NCBI GenBank assembly: GCA_963847185.1
Contig: CAWJYV010000010.1
Coordinates: 480,001 to 544,000, forward strand
Origin: an uncultured Methanosarcinaceae archaeon
GTDB taxonomy: Archaea; Halobacteriota; Methanosarcinia; Methanosarcinales; Methanosarcinaceae
DNA length: 64,000 bases
Direction of reading: 5' to 3'
Positions 49,237-60,410 of the stretch are shown piece after piece. The position numbers were made by a program, and so were the translations under genes. The notes below the pieces were generated by a model that was not told where the DNA came from, ran no database searches, and was given only the letters and a program-made list of their open reading frames with translations. How positions within the stretch are numbered: position 1 is the first letter of the stretch; every line of letters starts with the position of its first letter.

Positions 49237-49639
49237 ATTTCAGGTATCCTTTCTCTTAAGATGGTCAATTCTCATATCTTTTCCACAATATGACAGAAGC
49301 CCAGGGATTGATAAATTTACCGATAACTGTGATTTATCCTGAACAACATATAATACTTTTCTCTGGTTAAAAATAGATAGCAACAGCTTAGACAGCAACA
49401 GATAAAGCAGAAAGAGAATTGGGGTTAATGGGCTGTAAAAGAGGAGACGTGTTGATAATGAAGGGATCTGAACAAACTGCTCCTCCTCAAATATATTTTT
49501 ATTTATGTCTCCATTACACTGTTGTATATTTTCCAGAATTTTTGGTTCTTACTTTTTATTCAAAGTATATATTTAGATTTAAGATGTTAATTAGCATTAA
49601 TATATAAAAGCTGCATAATATATTAATGCCAATAATTTT

Positions 49640-49897
49640 TTACTTCTTCTTTGAGTTTTTAGGAGTCTTTTTAGGGAGTTTATGATCAGGAGTGACTCCG
49701 TAATATCTTGTCCTTGCCGCCCCCCAAATACAGCCGTTTTTCCCGAAAATTTTCAGTTCAAGGTTCTGAATACTCTTGCAAATTTTATTCCCTTCTCTTG
49801 CACCCTTGCAAACTATGCAGTATTTTTCACAAAAAACGGGGGGGTTACCCTTAGCTTCAGCCATTTCTAACTCACGTCCCTGGATATCATTCTTCAT
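49640..49897 (-). CDS. small Cys-rich hypothetical protein
   Basis: FCEKYCIVCKGAR...C...GCIWG..R..YYGV. Confidence 0.65.
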   Translation of the reverse strand: MKNDIQGRELEMAEAKGNPPVFCEKYCIVCKGAREGNKICKSIQNLELKIFGKNGCIWGAARTRYYGVTPDHKLPKKTPKNSKKK

Positions 49898-49930
49898 ATC
49901 GAATGCTTTCTGGGCGCCTTTCTTGATAAA

Positions 49931-50377
49931 TTATTCCCTAATGATATCAAATGTTATCAGAGCAATTTCTTTCCTGCTACCTGGACCGGGAGCACACTGG
50001 AAGACCTCACTAATCTTGACTTCAATGAGAGTCTTTGCAGGAAGTCCGGGTTTTGCTGCGTGTACGATTGATTTCATTTTTTCAAATTTTTCTCCGGTGC
50101 TAATAACATCCGCTTTACCCTTTATCTGGAAGCAGCCACCTGTATCTGGACCCCATACATAAATTGCAACGTGGGGGTTTTCTTTAAGGTTCTCCAGGGA
50201 TTTAACCATGAAATTGTCTGCAATCCAGATAGTTTCATCGTCCACAAGTTGACAGAATCCCATAGGCACTACATTAGGAATACCATCTTTTGAAGCTGTG
50301 GCCACAGGAAAGATCTTTACTTTTGAAAAAGCAATTTTCATCTCTTCACTTAATTTTACCATAGTAATCACCATCAA
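49931..50377 (-). CDS. pyridoxamine 5'-phosphate oxidase-like FMN-binding protein; likely +1 frameshift near the C-terminus (alternative end 49957)
   Basis: VATASKDGIPNVVP; IADNFM.KSLENLKENP; FQIKG; removing one G gives CAPGPVAGKKLL*. Confidence 0.85.
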   Translation of the reverse strand: MMVITMVKLSEEMKIAFSKVKIFPVATASKDGIPNVVPMGFCQLVDDETIWIADNFMVKSLENLKENPHVAIYVWGPDTGGCFQIKGKADVISTGEKFEKMKSIVHAAKPGLPAKTLIEVKISEVFQCAPGPGSRKEIALITFDIIRE

Positions 50378-50506
50378 GATGGTTGCAATATAGATTTATA
50401 TACTTTAGCGTCAGAGTTGTGTATCTGGACGATTTCTTTGTGCATTTTAATAACCTTTCTGGGCAAAACAGCCAGTTAAAAGATTGATTTCGAAAAAGGA
50501 ATCAGA

Positions 50507-51023
50507 ATGGTAGATATTCGGAAGATCAGAGAATTCGGGTTGGAGATCCTGAAAAAAATTGATTCAAAAAACGAAAAGGTTATTAAGTGGAAGAACTGGC
50601 TGGACGGATACAGGTTTACCTCAGATTGTCCCGACGACCCCTACGCCTGGCTTACTGTCGTGCTGGCTTTAAAATCTGTGGACTCAGGGAACTACGGAGT
50701 AGGAGGCGTTCTTATTAATGAAAGAGCAGAAATAGTTTCCATGGGGCATAATCTTGTATATTCCCCCTATTGAATCATATCCAATGTGCCTTGTCAGGCT
50801 TATTTCCTCAGGAATAAACTCGATAATTCATGTTTCATCTGACCCTTTAGCCGGAATGGCACGCGCAACAAATTTTTTACCCCCTCTCTGGAAAGAACTC
50901 TCCGAACGCCAGACCTTTGCAAAAGCTGCCTGCTCTGAAGAGCTTTCAAAAGCTGCAATTGAAATTATGCTTATTAATGCCGAAGAACTACTTGAGATTC
51001 TGAAAAAACGCAGCGTTTCATAA
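50507..51023 (+). pseudogene. nucleoside/tRNA deaminase-like pseudogene with internal deletion
   Basis: GNYGVGGVLI...GHN joined out of frame to ESYPMCLVRL; HxE Zn-ligand segment absent and PCxxC degenerate. Confidence 0.7.
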
Positions 51024-51137
51024 TCTCAGTGACTTGAAAGAATAAACTAAGAAAGAATAAACTAAATTTGTGAGAAGCTCGAAAAGGAAAATTTGAAAAA
51101 AGGATGACGTTTTTTGTTTGCCTTTAAGTCTCAACTC

Positions 51138-51590
51138 TTAGAAATCAACCTTTTCTCTGTGCCCGAACTCTATTCTGTAATCAAGGTAATAGACAACTTC
51201 AGGCTCTATTTTTATCATAACAATATCCGGATCAGGGGGCATGTCTGCAGCAACAGGGAATTTTGCCACCATTACTTCCCCAACTTCACGAAGTTCTTTC
51301 TCATCGGTAATTATCGATGCCCTGCCTTCCACCTGAAGTGCCTGCATATCAAACCAATCCGGATCATCTTCGTCAACAGTGTACGCAACATATGGATTGT
51401 GCATAATATTCTGGATTTTTCGGGTATTCTTACTCGTTGCCAGATACACAACTGCTTCTTCTGATACATATGCCATTGTATGAGCCATAGGATTACCCTG
51501 AGGACTCACAGTTGCAAGGTTCAGGTAATAATGACTTGCAAGGTATTCATAGATTTTATCTTTGAGCTCTTCTGCCATAATCCCCACCAA
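51138..51590 (-). CDS. pyridoxamine 5'-phosphate oxidase family protein
   Basis: LNLATVSPQGNP; TSKNTRKIQNI..NPYVA; LQVEGRA. Confidence 0.87.
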   Translation of the reverse strand: MVGIMAEELKDKIYEYLASHYYLNLATVSPQGNPMAHTMAYVSEEAVVYLATSKNTRKIQNIMHNPYVAYTVDEDDPDWFDMQALQVEGRASIITDEKELREVGEVMVAKFPVAADMPPDPDIVMIKIEPEVVYYLDYRIEFGHREKVDF

Positions 51591-51905
51591 AACTTGTAAT
51601 TCTAATTAAAACCACTTTTGAAAGGGTTACCTCTTTTGAAAGGGTTTTGCGCTAAATTTATCAGGATACCGGAGATATCCTCAAAATATCTTCCATTACT
51701 ATAGTGAAAAGGAAAAAGCTTCACTAGATTTAATATCTTTTCCCCATACAATTTAGAGTAACAAAATTTACAAATTTTACTTATAATTTTGAAATATGGA
51801 AATAAATCTACTATTCTGCAAAAAAATTGTGAACTTGAATACATACAAATTAAAGGGAGCTCCACAGCTTAGACTCTTTTAATCTACAGGGATATTGATG
51901 CTATG

Positions 51906-52388
51906 TTAATACCAATGCCCAAATATTTTTCCCCACAAAAGATCAGCAAGACAATGTATTTCAATTGAAACAAAAAACCCGAATAGGGCCGATGCCCAGA
52001 TCCAGTAGGGAAGCTTTCCTGCGTCAAGACTTAAGAGGTAAAGCAAAGAATAAAGCAGAAAGGCAGGTGTAAGGGTAAGAACCACAGGCCCAAACACAGG
52101 ATGATGCAAGATTCCCCTATGCCCTAAAAACTGGTAGGGAATCCAGATAATTTTAAATATACCCCAGCGACGAAACGGGGCGCTCCTGGTATCAAGATCC
52201 GGACTTAGGAAAAAAGTACCGAATAAATAAGCCAGCGAAAAAACTATTATTCTCCTGGTTTCCAGGTAACTGGCAGGAAAAGGAAGTACGGGTCTTTTAA
52301 GAAGAGAGAAAAAACTGAACAAAATTACAAACAATATAATCATATTGATTCTATCATGTGTTTTTCCGGAAGGCATTTCTTGTACCAC
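51906..52388 (-). CDS. DUF2227-like metal-binding membrane protein
   Basis: MPSGKTHDR; LSPDLD; RRWG...IW.PY...HRG..H; H..AD. Confidence 0.82.
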   Translation of the reverse strand: MVQEMPSGKTHDRINMIILFVILFSFFSLLKRPVLPFPASYLETRRIIVFSLAYLFGTFFLSPDLDTRSAPFRRWGIFKIIWIPYQFLGHRGILHHPVFGPVVLTLTPAFLLYSLLYLLSLDAGKLPYWIWASALFGFFVSIEIHCLADLLWGKIFGHWY

Positions 52389-52553
52389 TTTTTATTTAAA
52401 TGAAACACGTGTTTTCTGGCTCTTATATTTTATTACATAATTATTCACAAAAAACAAAAGAAGAAAAAGGAAGAAAAAAAATAGAAGAAGAAAAATGGTC
52501 TAAGAGAAAGGAAAAGAAAGGAAAAAAGAGTAAGAAATTATTTAAGAAATTAT

Positions 52554-53548
52554 TTAAGATTTCCGCTTTTTCACACATTCTTTCAGTTTTTCTTCCAGGC
52601 GAATTCTGGAGATAAATACTCCAAACTGTGTTGCAATTGTTTCAATGACTGTCCGCACACTATCCGAAAGCTCGTACTCAACTCTCGAAGCAAGGTAAAA
52701 TGCGGCGATAGTCTTTTTGCCTGATTTTACGGGAATGATCGCCGTAGCCCTCAGATTTTCCTGCCTGAGTGCCTCGTCCCTGGAAGTGAGAAGAAGGTCT
52801 ATGCTTTGTTTGTATACAGGTTGTCCTATCATGACGAGTTTGGCATTTGGAGAATTTGCGCTATAATAAGAGGCATGCTCGACAAAAGTAGGAGAAAGGC
52901 CGCGGTGAATGGCAAGGTTCAGATCTCCGGTTTCCTCATCGATAAGATAGATTCCGCCAGCATTGATTTCATCTATCTGGAGACAGGAATCCAGTAGTTT
53001 TTCAAGAGTTTCTACCAGGCCGCTGGAAGTACTGAGAGCAATGCCCAGATCCCTCTGGATATAAAGCAACTTTTCTTTCCTCTTCCTTTCCGTAATATCC
53101 AGAATAATGCCTTTGAGGTACTTGACAACTCCATTTTCGTCAGCCTCAATAAAAGTTCTTTCTTCAACCCAGCGCACCTCCCCTGCTTTTGTCAGGATAC
53201 GGTACTCCTGAGAAAAATCCATGTAATCCTCCTCGATTCGCCTGGTAAGTTCTCTTTCAACTCTGTTCAGGTCGTCAGGATGGACTATATTGCCATATAG
53301 AAGTTTACCTGATGTAAATTCTTCTACCGTATACCCAAACTGCTTTATGTTTTCGGATACGAAATCTGCAGGCCAGTACTTTTCTGGCCTCCAGAGAAAA
53401 ACAGTTGCAGGGACCTTATTTATTATTGAAATCAGTTCCTTTGCCATCTCAAGAGCATTGCATAAGGCTATTTCGTTTAGATATTTGCAGGATTTTTGCG
53501 TTTTATTGATTTCCGTTCTTAGCCTGAATTCGAAGCCGCTTTAGCCAT
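52554..53548 (-). CDS. PAS + GAF domain protein; probable true start at 53548 with a 1-nt deletion near codon 3
   Basis: FVSENIKQFGYTVEEF, VHPDD and EYRILTKAGEVRWVEE (PAS); GAF AGGIYL...AIIPV; GGAG RBS + ATG GCT AA- AGC GGC joins the 53447 frame. Confidence 0.85.
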
Positions 53549-54162
53549 CTTATTCTCCGACAATGAAAACTTTTACAGGAAACTATGAGAAGATTTCGCC
53601 TATTTAGAGTTTTTGCTCTAGTTACATAGAAATACTCCATAAATTAAAAAGCTTGTGATTTAATACTCTGAAAGTATCAGGGTGCAGTGACTTAGATTTG
53701 GAAGAAACCCTGAAGTAGGATTAAAGGAAGTGAGCAAAAATGAAATAATCAAAGGGAAAAATATATATGTTTATATGAAAATTCCCTGTTTATAGGGACC
53801 GTAGAACTATAATGATCTCTATAATTTGTTAAAATCATACTCCTAAAAAAGTAATTTTATGCTTTGATTTTTTTATAGAATTTCTACCTTAAATATATTC
53901 ACAGAAAGGAATTTCGTTTTTAGAAAAGTTATTTTTAGAAAAGGCAATATTTACTTGCTGAAAGATTGCTTTTGTCCTGGCGCCGCGTTAACCCTCAACG
54001 ATTCAATAGTGATGAATAGTTGCCATCGATTTTATGTGATATTTTGCTGTTGATGTGATACTAGTCCAATTACTAAGGTCAATTTGAGATATCACCATTG
54101 ATATTTTTAAATAGATTTGCTTACAAAGTAATAAAAAGGTAAGAAAAGGGGATTTTGATAAA

Positions 54163-55842
54163 ATGGATGATCTTCAGGGCGTATTAAAAGGACAAAAAAT
54201 TGCTTATTTTTCCATGGAAATAGGACTTCGAAGTGAAATTCCTACCTATGCAGGAGGACTTGGGGTACTTGCAGGAGATACTATTCGTTCGGCTGCGGAC
54301 CTTAATATTCCGCTTGTAGCTGTAACACTGGTGAGTAATAAAGGATATTTCAGGCAAATTCTTGATCCTTCAGGAAACCAGATAGAGCACACTGAAGAGT
54401 GGAATCCTGCGCGTTTAATGACCCTTCTCTGCAGAAAACGTGAGCGTAAAAATTCAGGACAGAGACGTTAAAATCAGGGCCTGGCTTTATAACTGTAAAA
54501 GCCTTACAGGTGGCTGCGTTCCCATAATTTTTCTTGATACTGATGTTGAAGGAAACGAATGGGAAGACCGCAGGATTACGGATTTTCTCTACGGAGGAGA
54601 TCACCTATATAGGCTCAAGCAGGAAATAGTACTTGGGATAGGGGGAGTAAGGATGCTTGAAGCACTGGGATTTAAGGTCAGAAAGTACCATATGAACGAA
54701 GGGCATTCAAGCCTGCTGGCCCTGGAACTTATGACACGCAATGGCACAGACTCAACTAAAGTAAAGGACCTCTGCATTTTTACTACCCATACTCCTGTAG
54801 AGGCAGGGCATGACAAGTTCGATTACGGGCTTGTAGAAGATCTGATCGAGGGATAAAAATGATGTGGATACCCTCAGAAAATTCGGAGGAGCAGATCGTT
54901 TTAATACAAGCCTTTTTGCCCTGAACCTGTCGAACTATGTAAACGGAGTCACAAAACGGCACAGCCGGATCTCAAGTGAACTTTTTCCAGGTTACAAAAT
55001 CCAGGCAATAACAAACGGTGTCCATTCCTATACATGGACTTCTCCTTATTTCAGGCAGCTTTATGACCGCTATCTTCCTGGCTGGGCAAATGAACCTGAA
55101 CTTCTGGTGAGGATAGGAGGAATCCCGGACAACGAGATATGGGAAGCTCACTGGAATGCAAAAAAAGCCCTGATCGATGAGGTAAACAGAAGGACAGGCG
55201 TGGGTATGGACTATGAGACCCTTACAATAGGTTTTGCACGGCGAATGACAGCATATAAGCGCGCAACATTAATCCTCTCCGACCTTGAAAGACTAAGAAA
55301 AGTAAATAAGAGAGGTAAAATTCAACTTATTTTTGCAGGCAAGGCCCATCCCAATGACGAAGCTGGAAAACAGATTATCAGAGAGATTTTCAAAAACATA
55401 GAAACGCTTCAGGAAGAAATTAAAATTGTTTTTCTTGAGAACTATGATATGGATCTGGCCGCAAAAATGGTTTCCGGAGTTGACCTCTGGCTGAATACTC
55501 CCACCCGTCCCTATGAAGCCTCAGGTACAAGCGGAATGAAGGCTGCCCATAATGGAGTTGTTAATTTCAGCGTGCTTGACGGCTGGTGGATTGAAGGGTG
55601 GATTGAAGGCGTAACCGGCTGGGCTATAGGACCTCAGCCCGAAGAAAACCTTTCTGAGGAAGAGGCAAGACTCGCTGAAATTAGATGACCTTTACAACAA
55701 GCTCTACTATATCATCGTCCCTATGTACTACGAACGAAGAGACGAGTGGTTCAAACTAATGAACAACTCCATAGGCATGGTAGCCTATTATTTCAACAGC
55801 CACAGGATGATGCGGCGTTATGTTACACATGCTTATCTTTAA
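54163..55842 (+). CDS. glgP: alpha-glucan phosphorylase, split by three +1 frameshifts (near 54428, 54851 and 55680)
   Basis: [69 protein letters not shown]; tail [16 protein letters not shown]. Confidence 0.88.
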
Positions 55843-55915
55843 TGCAAAAAATCCAGAGTATTCAAAACGAGAGATGCCATTGTCTTTTGCTGGGCTAGAA
55901 CCTATAAAGGGAAAT

Positions 55916-56326
55916 TCACGACAGCTCAATTTTCTCGTTTTGCTTTTTTACCATTTTGTATGCGTCTGCTATTCCAAATATCCAGGCACCAATGAATGTA
56001 AAAAATCCAATAACAAGGACCATCAAACAGAAACTAATCGCCATTGCAGCAATAATTGCAAACCCTCTAAGAAGGTCACCTGCATAGACCTGACCAAGTC
56101 CTGGAATTATAGATAATAATGCGGCAATGACAGGACTTTTTCTTTTATTTTTGGTTTTCTCGGAGCTACAATCAGAGCATATTTCTGCTCTCTGGCTAAT
56201 TTCCGCACTTGCATCGTATTTTTCACAATACGCTTTTTCCATTGCATCTACTCCATTAATAATCATAGATAATTTCTGTTTTTCCAATAAGTCTTCCCCA
56301 GTATATGAACACAGAAGGTCAGGCAC
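55916..56326 (-). CDS. TM2-like small membrane protein
   Basis: KSPVIAALLSIIPGLGQVYAG...RG; WIFGIADAY. Confidence 0.75.
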   Translation of the reverse strand: MPDLLCSYTGEDLLEKQKLSMIINGVDAMEKAYCEKYDASAEISQRAEICSDCSSEKTKNKRKSPVIAALLSIIPGLGQVYAGDLLRGFAIIAAMAISFCLMVLVIGFFTFIGAWIFGIADAYKMVKKQNEKIELS

Positions 56327-56631
56327 ATTTTGTCTTGAAAATGCAGATTTAAGTATTAAGCAAATGTTATTTTGATTCTCAAGATGTGTTACTATAGCGT
56401 GTAAAATTAAGCAAAGTTTAAAATTGAATAAAGTTTAGCTTGATGTTTACGTCGGCACTTGGTGACAATTCTTTTTATCGCCTTAACGCCGGAATTCAGG
56501 ACTGCAAGATAATCTATAATACCCACGTGGATTGACTTTACATTCATAGAGGATTATAGAAGACCATAGAAACAATTCAAGAAGCATAAATACGAAACTG
56601 CATAAAATAATATGCAGTAGATTAACAAAAA

Positions 56632-57354
56632 GTGGTCAAGATGATGTTTACAAAAAGTAACAAATATGATTTTGATTTTGTTAAAGAAAACATGATGGGA
56701 CCAAACTCAATGAAAATTCTTGAGGAACTGTCCGAGTCTTTAAAGCTTGAAAAAGGAATGAGAGTACTTGATCTTGGTTGTGGGAGAGGGCTAACTTCAA
56801 TATTTTTGGCAAAAGAATATGACGTTACTGTTTTTGCTACGGACCTCTGGATCAGTGCAACAGATAACTATGAAAGAATCAAATCAATGGGGCTGGAAGA
56901 CAAAATAATTCCAATACATGCGGAAGCCCACGATTTGCCGTTTGCGAATGAGTTTTTTGATGCTGCTATTAGTATAGATGCCTATCATTATTTTGGGATT
57001 GAAAAAGATTATTTGACAAACCATTTTGCTCCGCTTGTAAAAAAAGGAGGACAAATAGCAGTTGTAGTTCCGGGCTTGAAGCAGGAATTTACAAATGGAG
57101 TTCCGGCAGAATTAGTACCATACTGGTTTGATGATATGAGTTTAACTCTACACTCATGTGATTGGTGGTATAATTTATGGAAAAACTCTGATTTGGTAAT
57201 TATTAAAGAATGCAAAGAATTAAATTGCTTAAAAGAATCCTGGCAAGACTGGCTTTTGTGTGACAACGATTTTGCTCGTAGAGATATTGGAATGATGGAA
57301 GCTGAAGGTGGAAACTACTTTAATCTGGTTTCACTCATAGCTACTAAATTATGA
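56632..57354 (+). CDS. class I SAM-dependent methyltransferase
   Basis: MMGPN; VLDLGCGRG; LPFANEFFDA..SIDAYHY. Confidence 0.9.
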   Translation: MVKMMFTKSNKYDFDFVKENMMGPNSMKILEELSESLKLEKGMRVLDLGCGRGLTSIFLAKEYDVTVFATDLWISATDNYERIKSMGLEDKIIPIHAEAHDLPFANEFFDAAISIDAYHYFGIEKDYLTNHFAPLVKKGGQIAVVVPGLKQEFTNGVPAELVPYWFDDMSLTLHSCDWWYNLWKNSDLVIIKECKELNCLKESWQDWLLCDNDFARRDIGMMEAEGGNYFNLVSLIATKL

Positions 57355-57467
57355 GTTTATATTTTTTTACAGAAGCCCTCAGTAGTTTCTCTGGATAAAT
57401 GTGCATGTTCGCGATATCAAAGACATGACTTGAGATTACAGGAGCTGTCAGCGCAGGAGGATTCATT

Positions 57468-58254
57468 ATGAAAATTTATCAGGTAGATGCATTTGCAGAA
57501 AAGCCATTTTCGGGAAATCCGGCAGGCGTATGTATTCTAAGTGAGAGGCTGGACGAGAAACTGATGCAGAACATAGCCCGTGAGATGAACCTGTCTGAGA
57601 CTGCATTTCTTATTAAAGAAGGTGAAGGAGTATAATCTGAGATGGTTTACCCCAAATGCAGAAGTCGATCTATGCGGACATGCAACACTGGCAAGTGCCC
57701 ATATTTTGTGGGAAAAAGGATATTTAAGGAAAGACCAGGAAGCAAAATTCAGCACAAGAAGCGGTTTATTAACGGCAAAAATGAACAACGGATGGATTGA
57801 ATTAAATTTTCCGGCAGTCCTTGAAGAAAAAACAGAACCTCCGGCAGAGCTACTGGAAGCACTGGGAGTTGAAGCAAGTTATGTTGGGAAGAACAAATTT
57901 GACTACCTGGTAGAAGTCGAATCCGAAGAAATAGTAGCGACAATGAAGCCGGATTTCATGAAACTATTGAAAGTTCCCGCAAGGGGAGTAATTGTTACAA
58001 GCAAAGCCAGAGAGTATGACTTTGTATCAAGATTCTTCGCGCCGGAAGTAGGGATATGGGAAGATCCAGTTACAGGATCGGCTCACTGCTGTTTGGGACC
58101 TTACTGGCAAAAAAAGCTACACAAAGATGAGTTCATTGCATATCAACTATCGGAACGTGGCGGAGTCCTGAAAGTGAAAGTTGTCTGTGAGAGAGTTTTA
58201 ATCTCAGGGAAAGCAGTGACAGTACTGGAAGGAGAATTATTAATTCAAAAATAA
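57468..58254 (+). CDS. PhzF family isomerase/epimerase; +1 frameshift near 57625
   Basis: GGAGG RBS; MKIYQVDAFAEKPFSGNPAGV...EMNLSETAF joins LRWFTPNAEVDLCGHATLAS...EDPVTGSAHC. Confidence 0.88.
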
Positions 58255-58324
58255 GAAGTGTCGCCACCTGTCTATATTATTTACTTGATTTATCTAAACT
58301 ACTCAAATAAAGAAGGTCTTAGAC

Positions 58325-58675
58325 ATGAAAGATTTTCCGGAGTTCATGAAAAGTAAGAGTAATTGTATCAGCAGTAAGGAGCAAAATACTGAAGATATTG
58401 ATGGCTATTTTTACGAAGGTGCAGACGGCAGTCAGATGGCTTTCTGGACCTGTTATTCTGACAGGGTTTCCAAGAAACATATTCATGAGTTTGATGAATA
58501 CATGGTTTGCGTTAGTGGGCAGTATACAGCAGTGCTAAATGATGAGGAGTTTGTTCTCAATCCCGGGGATGAATTATTCATCCCAAAGGGAACAGAACAG
58601 TGGGGAAAATGCATTGCAGGAACAAGAACTGTCCATGCATTTGGTGGAAAACGGATTCATAGAGCTGAAGAGTAA
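58325..58675 (+). CDS. cupin domain protein
   Basis: HIHEFDEYMVCVSG...LNPGDELFIPKG. Confidence 0.85.
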   Translation: MKDFPEFMKSKSNCISSKEQNTEDIDGYFYEGADGSQMAFWTCYSDRVSKKHIHEFDEYMVCVSGQYTAVLNDEEFVLNPGDELFIPKGTEQWGKCIAGTRTVHAFGGKRIHRAEE

Positions 58676-58841
58676 GAATTCGTAAAATTTGTGGCTGGAA
58701 GAGCGCCTTACATGAGAAAAAGCAGAATTCCCCCATAGAATTCGACCATGCCCAAATAGTTTTTAGAGCCTACAACGGTTTACCTCAAAACACTGAGTGA
58801 CTAGCACACCAGAGAAAAGAGCTCTGGAGCACTGTTACTAG

Positions 58842-59468
58842 GTGGGTAAGATGCATCCTGAAAGCGATAATATTCAAGATTACCTCAAAAAAAATGAGGT
58901 TATAAACTATGATCATGAGCTGATCGTTGACAAATGCCGTGAATTGGAAAAAGGCACGGAAGACGAAATCAGCTTGATCAAAAAAATCTATGAGTTTGTT
59001 AGAGATGATATTCATCATTCTGGGGATATAGGGGAAATGACAGTCACCTGTAAGGCATCAGAGGTTTTGGAGTCCGGTCACGGGATATGTTGTGCTAAAG
59101 CTCATTTGTTTGCAGCAATGCTAAGATTTTTCGGGATACCGGCCGGATTCTGTTATCAGAAACTTTGCTCAGGTCAGGAGGGAATTGACAGAAAAGTCCT
59201 GCATGGCTTGAACGCCGCATATTTAAAAGATTTAAATAAATGGGTAAGATTGGATGCAAGAGGGAATAAACCAGGTGTAGACGCTCAGTTTTCCATATAT
59301 GAGGAAAAAATCGCCTGGCCAGTTAACAAAGAGCTTGGGGAAGAAGATAACCCAATAATATTCAAAGAGCCTAATGTGACTGTTGTTGAAGTATTAAAGA
59401 AAAGTAATGACAGGAAAGAGTTATGGATGCAATGGGATCATGGGCTGAAAGACTTATTTCAAACTTAA
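58842..59468 (+). CDS. transglutaminase-like domain protein
   Basis: FVRDDIHHS; ASEVL..G.GICCAKAHL..A.LR..GIPAG; HGLNA; W.RLDARG. Confidence 0.85.
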   Translation: MGKMHPESDNIQDYLKKNEVINYDHELIVDKCRELEKGTEDEISLIKKIYEFVRDDIHHSGDIGEMTVTCKASEVLESGHGICCAKAHLFAAMLRFFGIPAGFCYQKLCSGQEGIDRKVLHGLNAAYLKDLNKWVRLDARGNKPGVDAQFSIYEEKIAWPVNKELGEEDNPIIFKEPNVTVVEVLKKSNDRKELWMQWDHGLKDLFQT

Positions 59469-59542
59469 GGGTTAATTAGGGGGTTTTTGGGAAGCTTTGA
59501 GGGTTTTAGGGAACTTTAGGGAACTGCTACCTGTAAAGGTTT

Positions 59543-60226
59543 TTAAATCCAGCCGTTGGATTCAAGAAATTCAATAGCTTCTACGGCTCCGTCTCCAAAA
59601 GAGGCTTCTGTTACGTAATTAGCAGCTTCTTTTATTCTTTCGTCTCCATTTGCGACGGCAATTCCAAAACCTGAAACTTCAAACATTTCTACGTCGTTTG
59701 CTGAATCACCTATTGCTACAAAATCTTCAACTTCAAGGCCCATCAGGCTTGCGAGTTTCTGGAGACCCACGCCTTTGTTGATTCTGGTGCTTTTTATATG
59801 GATCGCATATTTTGTATCAACCATTTCTACATCGAAGTTTTGAGTTTCCAGAAGAGCTCTGGCTTTGTTAAGGTTAAAATCTCTCCTTAGGGCAATTTCG
59901 GTTTGCCGGTAGAAAGGGTCAAGTTTTGTGAGCTTGAAATGTTCGGAAAGAAAAGAATAGGCTTTTTCGCATTCTTCCAGGCTTTCTTCGAAGGTGCCTT
60001 GCAGATCGTAACGAACAGTAATAGCCCCTCCGTTTTCAGCGATTACAGCCCCATCCAGGCCGATAAGCCTCGATGTAGTTCTTGCATAGCATAGAATATT
60101 TCCTGTGGCAAGAACGACAGGGACTTTAAGAGAACGGATTTTTTTAATGGCCCCCAAGTGAAGTTCCCTGTTCTCGCAGGTGATTGTCCCGTCAATGTCA
60201 ACAACGATAGCTTTGAATTTCATCAA
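59543..60226 (-). CDS. phosphoglycolate phosphatase (archaeal HAD, subclass IIB)
   Basis: VDIDGTIT, LATGN, AENGG, NKG and IGDSANDVEMF motifs. Confidence 0.9.
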   Translation of the reverse strand: MMKFKAIVVDIDGTITCENRELHLGAIKKIRSLKVPVVLATGNILCYARTTSRLIGLDGAVIAENGGAITVRYDLQGTFEESLEECEKAYSFLSEHFKLTKLDPFYRQTEIALRRDFNLNKARALLETQNFDVEMVDTKYAIHIKSTRINKGVGLQKLASLMGLEVEDFVAIGDSANDVEMFEVSGFGIAVANGDERIKEAANYVTEASFGDGAVEAIEFLESNGWI

Positions 60227-60410
60227 AAAAGATTGGGAATGGATAGATAAAATGTTTACCCATCCATTAAAGGATTAAATGTTTACTTGTTTATTTTTAT
60301 TCGTCTTTATTCATTCTTATTATTTTTACACGTTCAAGTTTAATTTTCGATTATTTTCAAATTTTCATTGGGTTATTTCATGGGTTATGGCTGTTTTGAT
60401 ATCCTTATCG

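Noticed and set aside
54420-55690. Programmed ribosomal frameshifting in glgP
   Set aside because: Three separate shifts would be needed, none has a canonical slippery heptamer with a stimulator, and similar indels occur in unrelated genes
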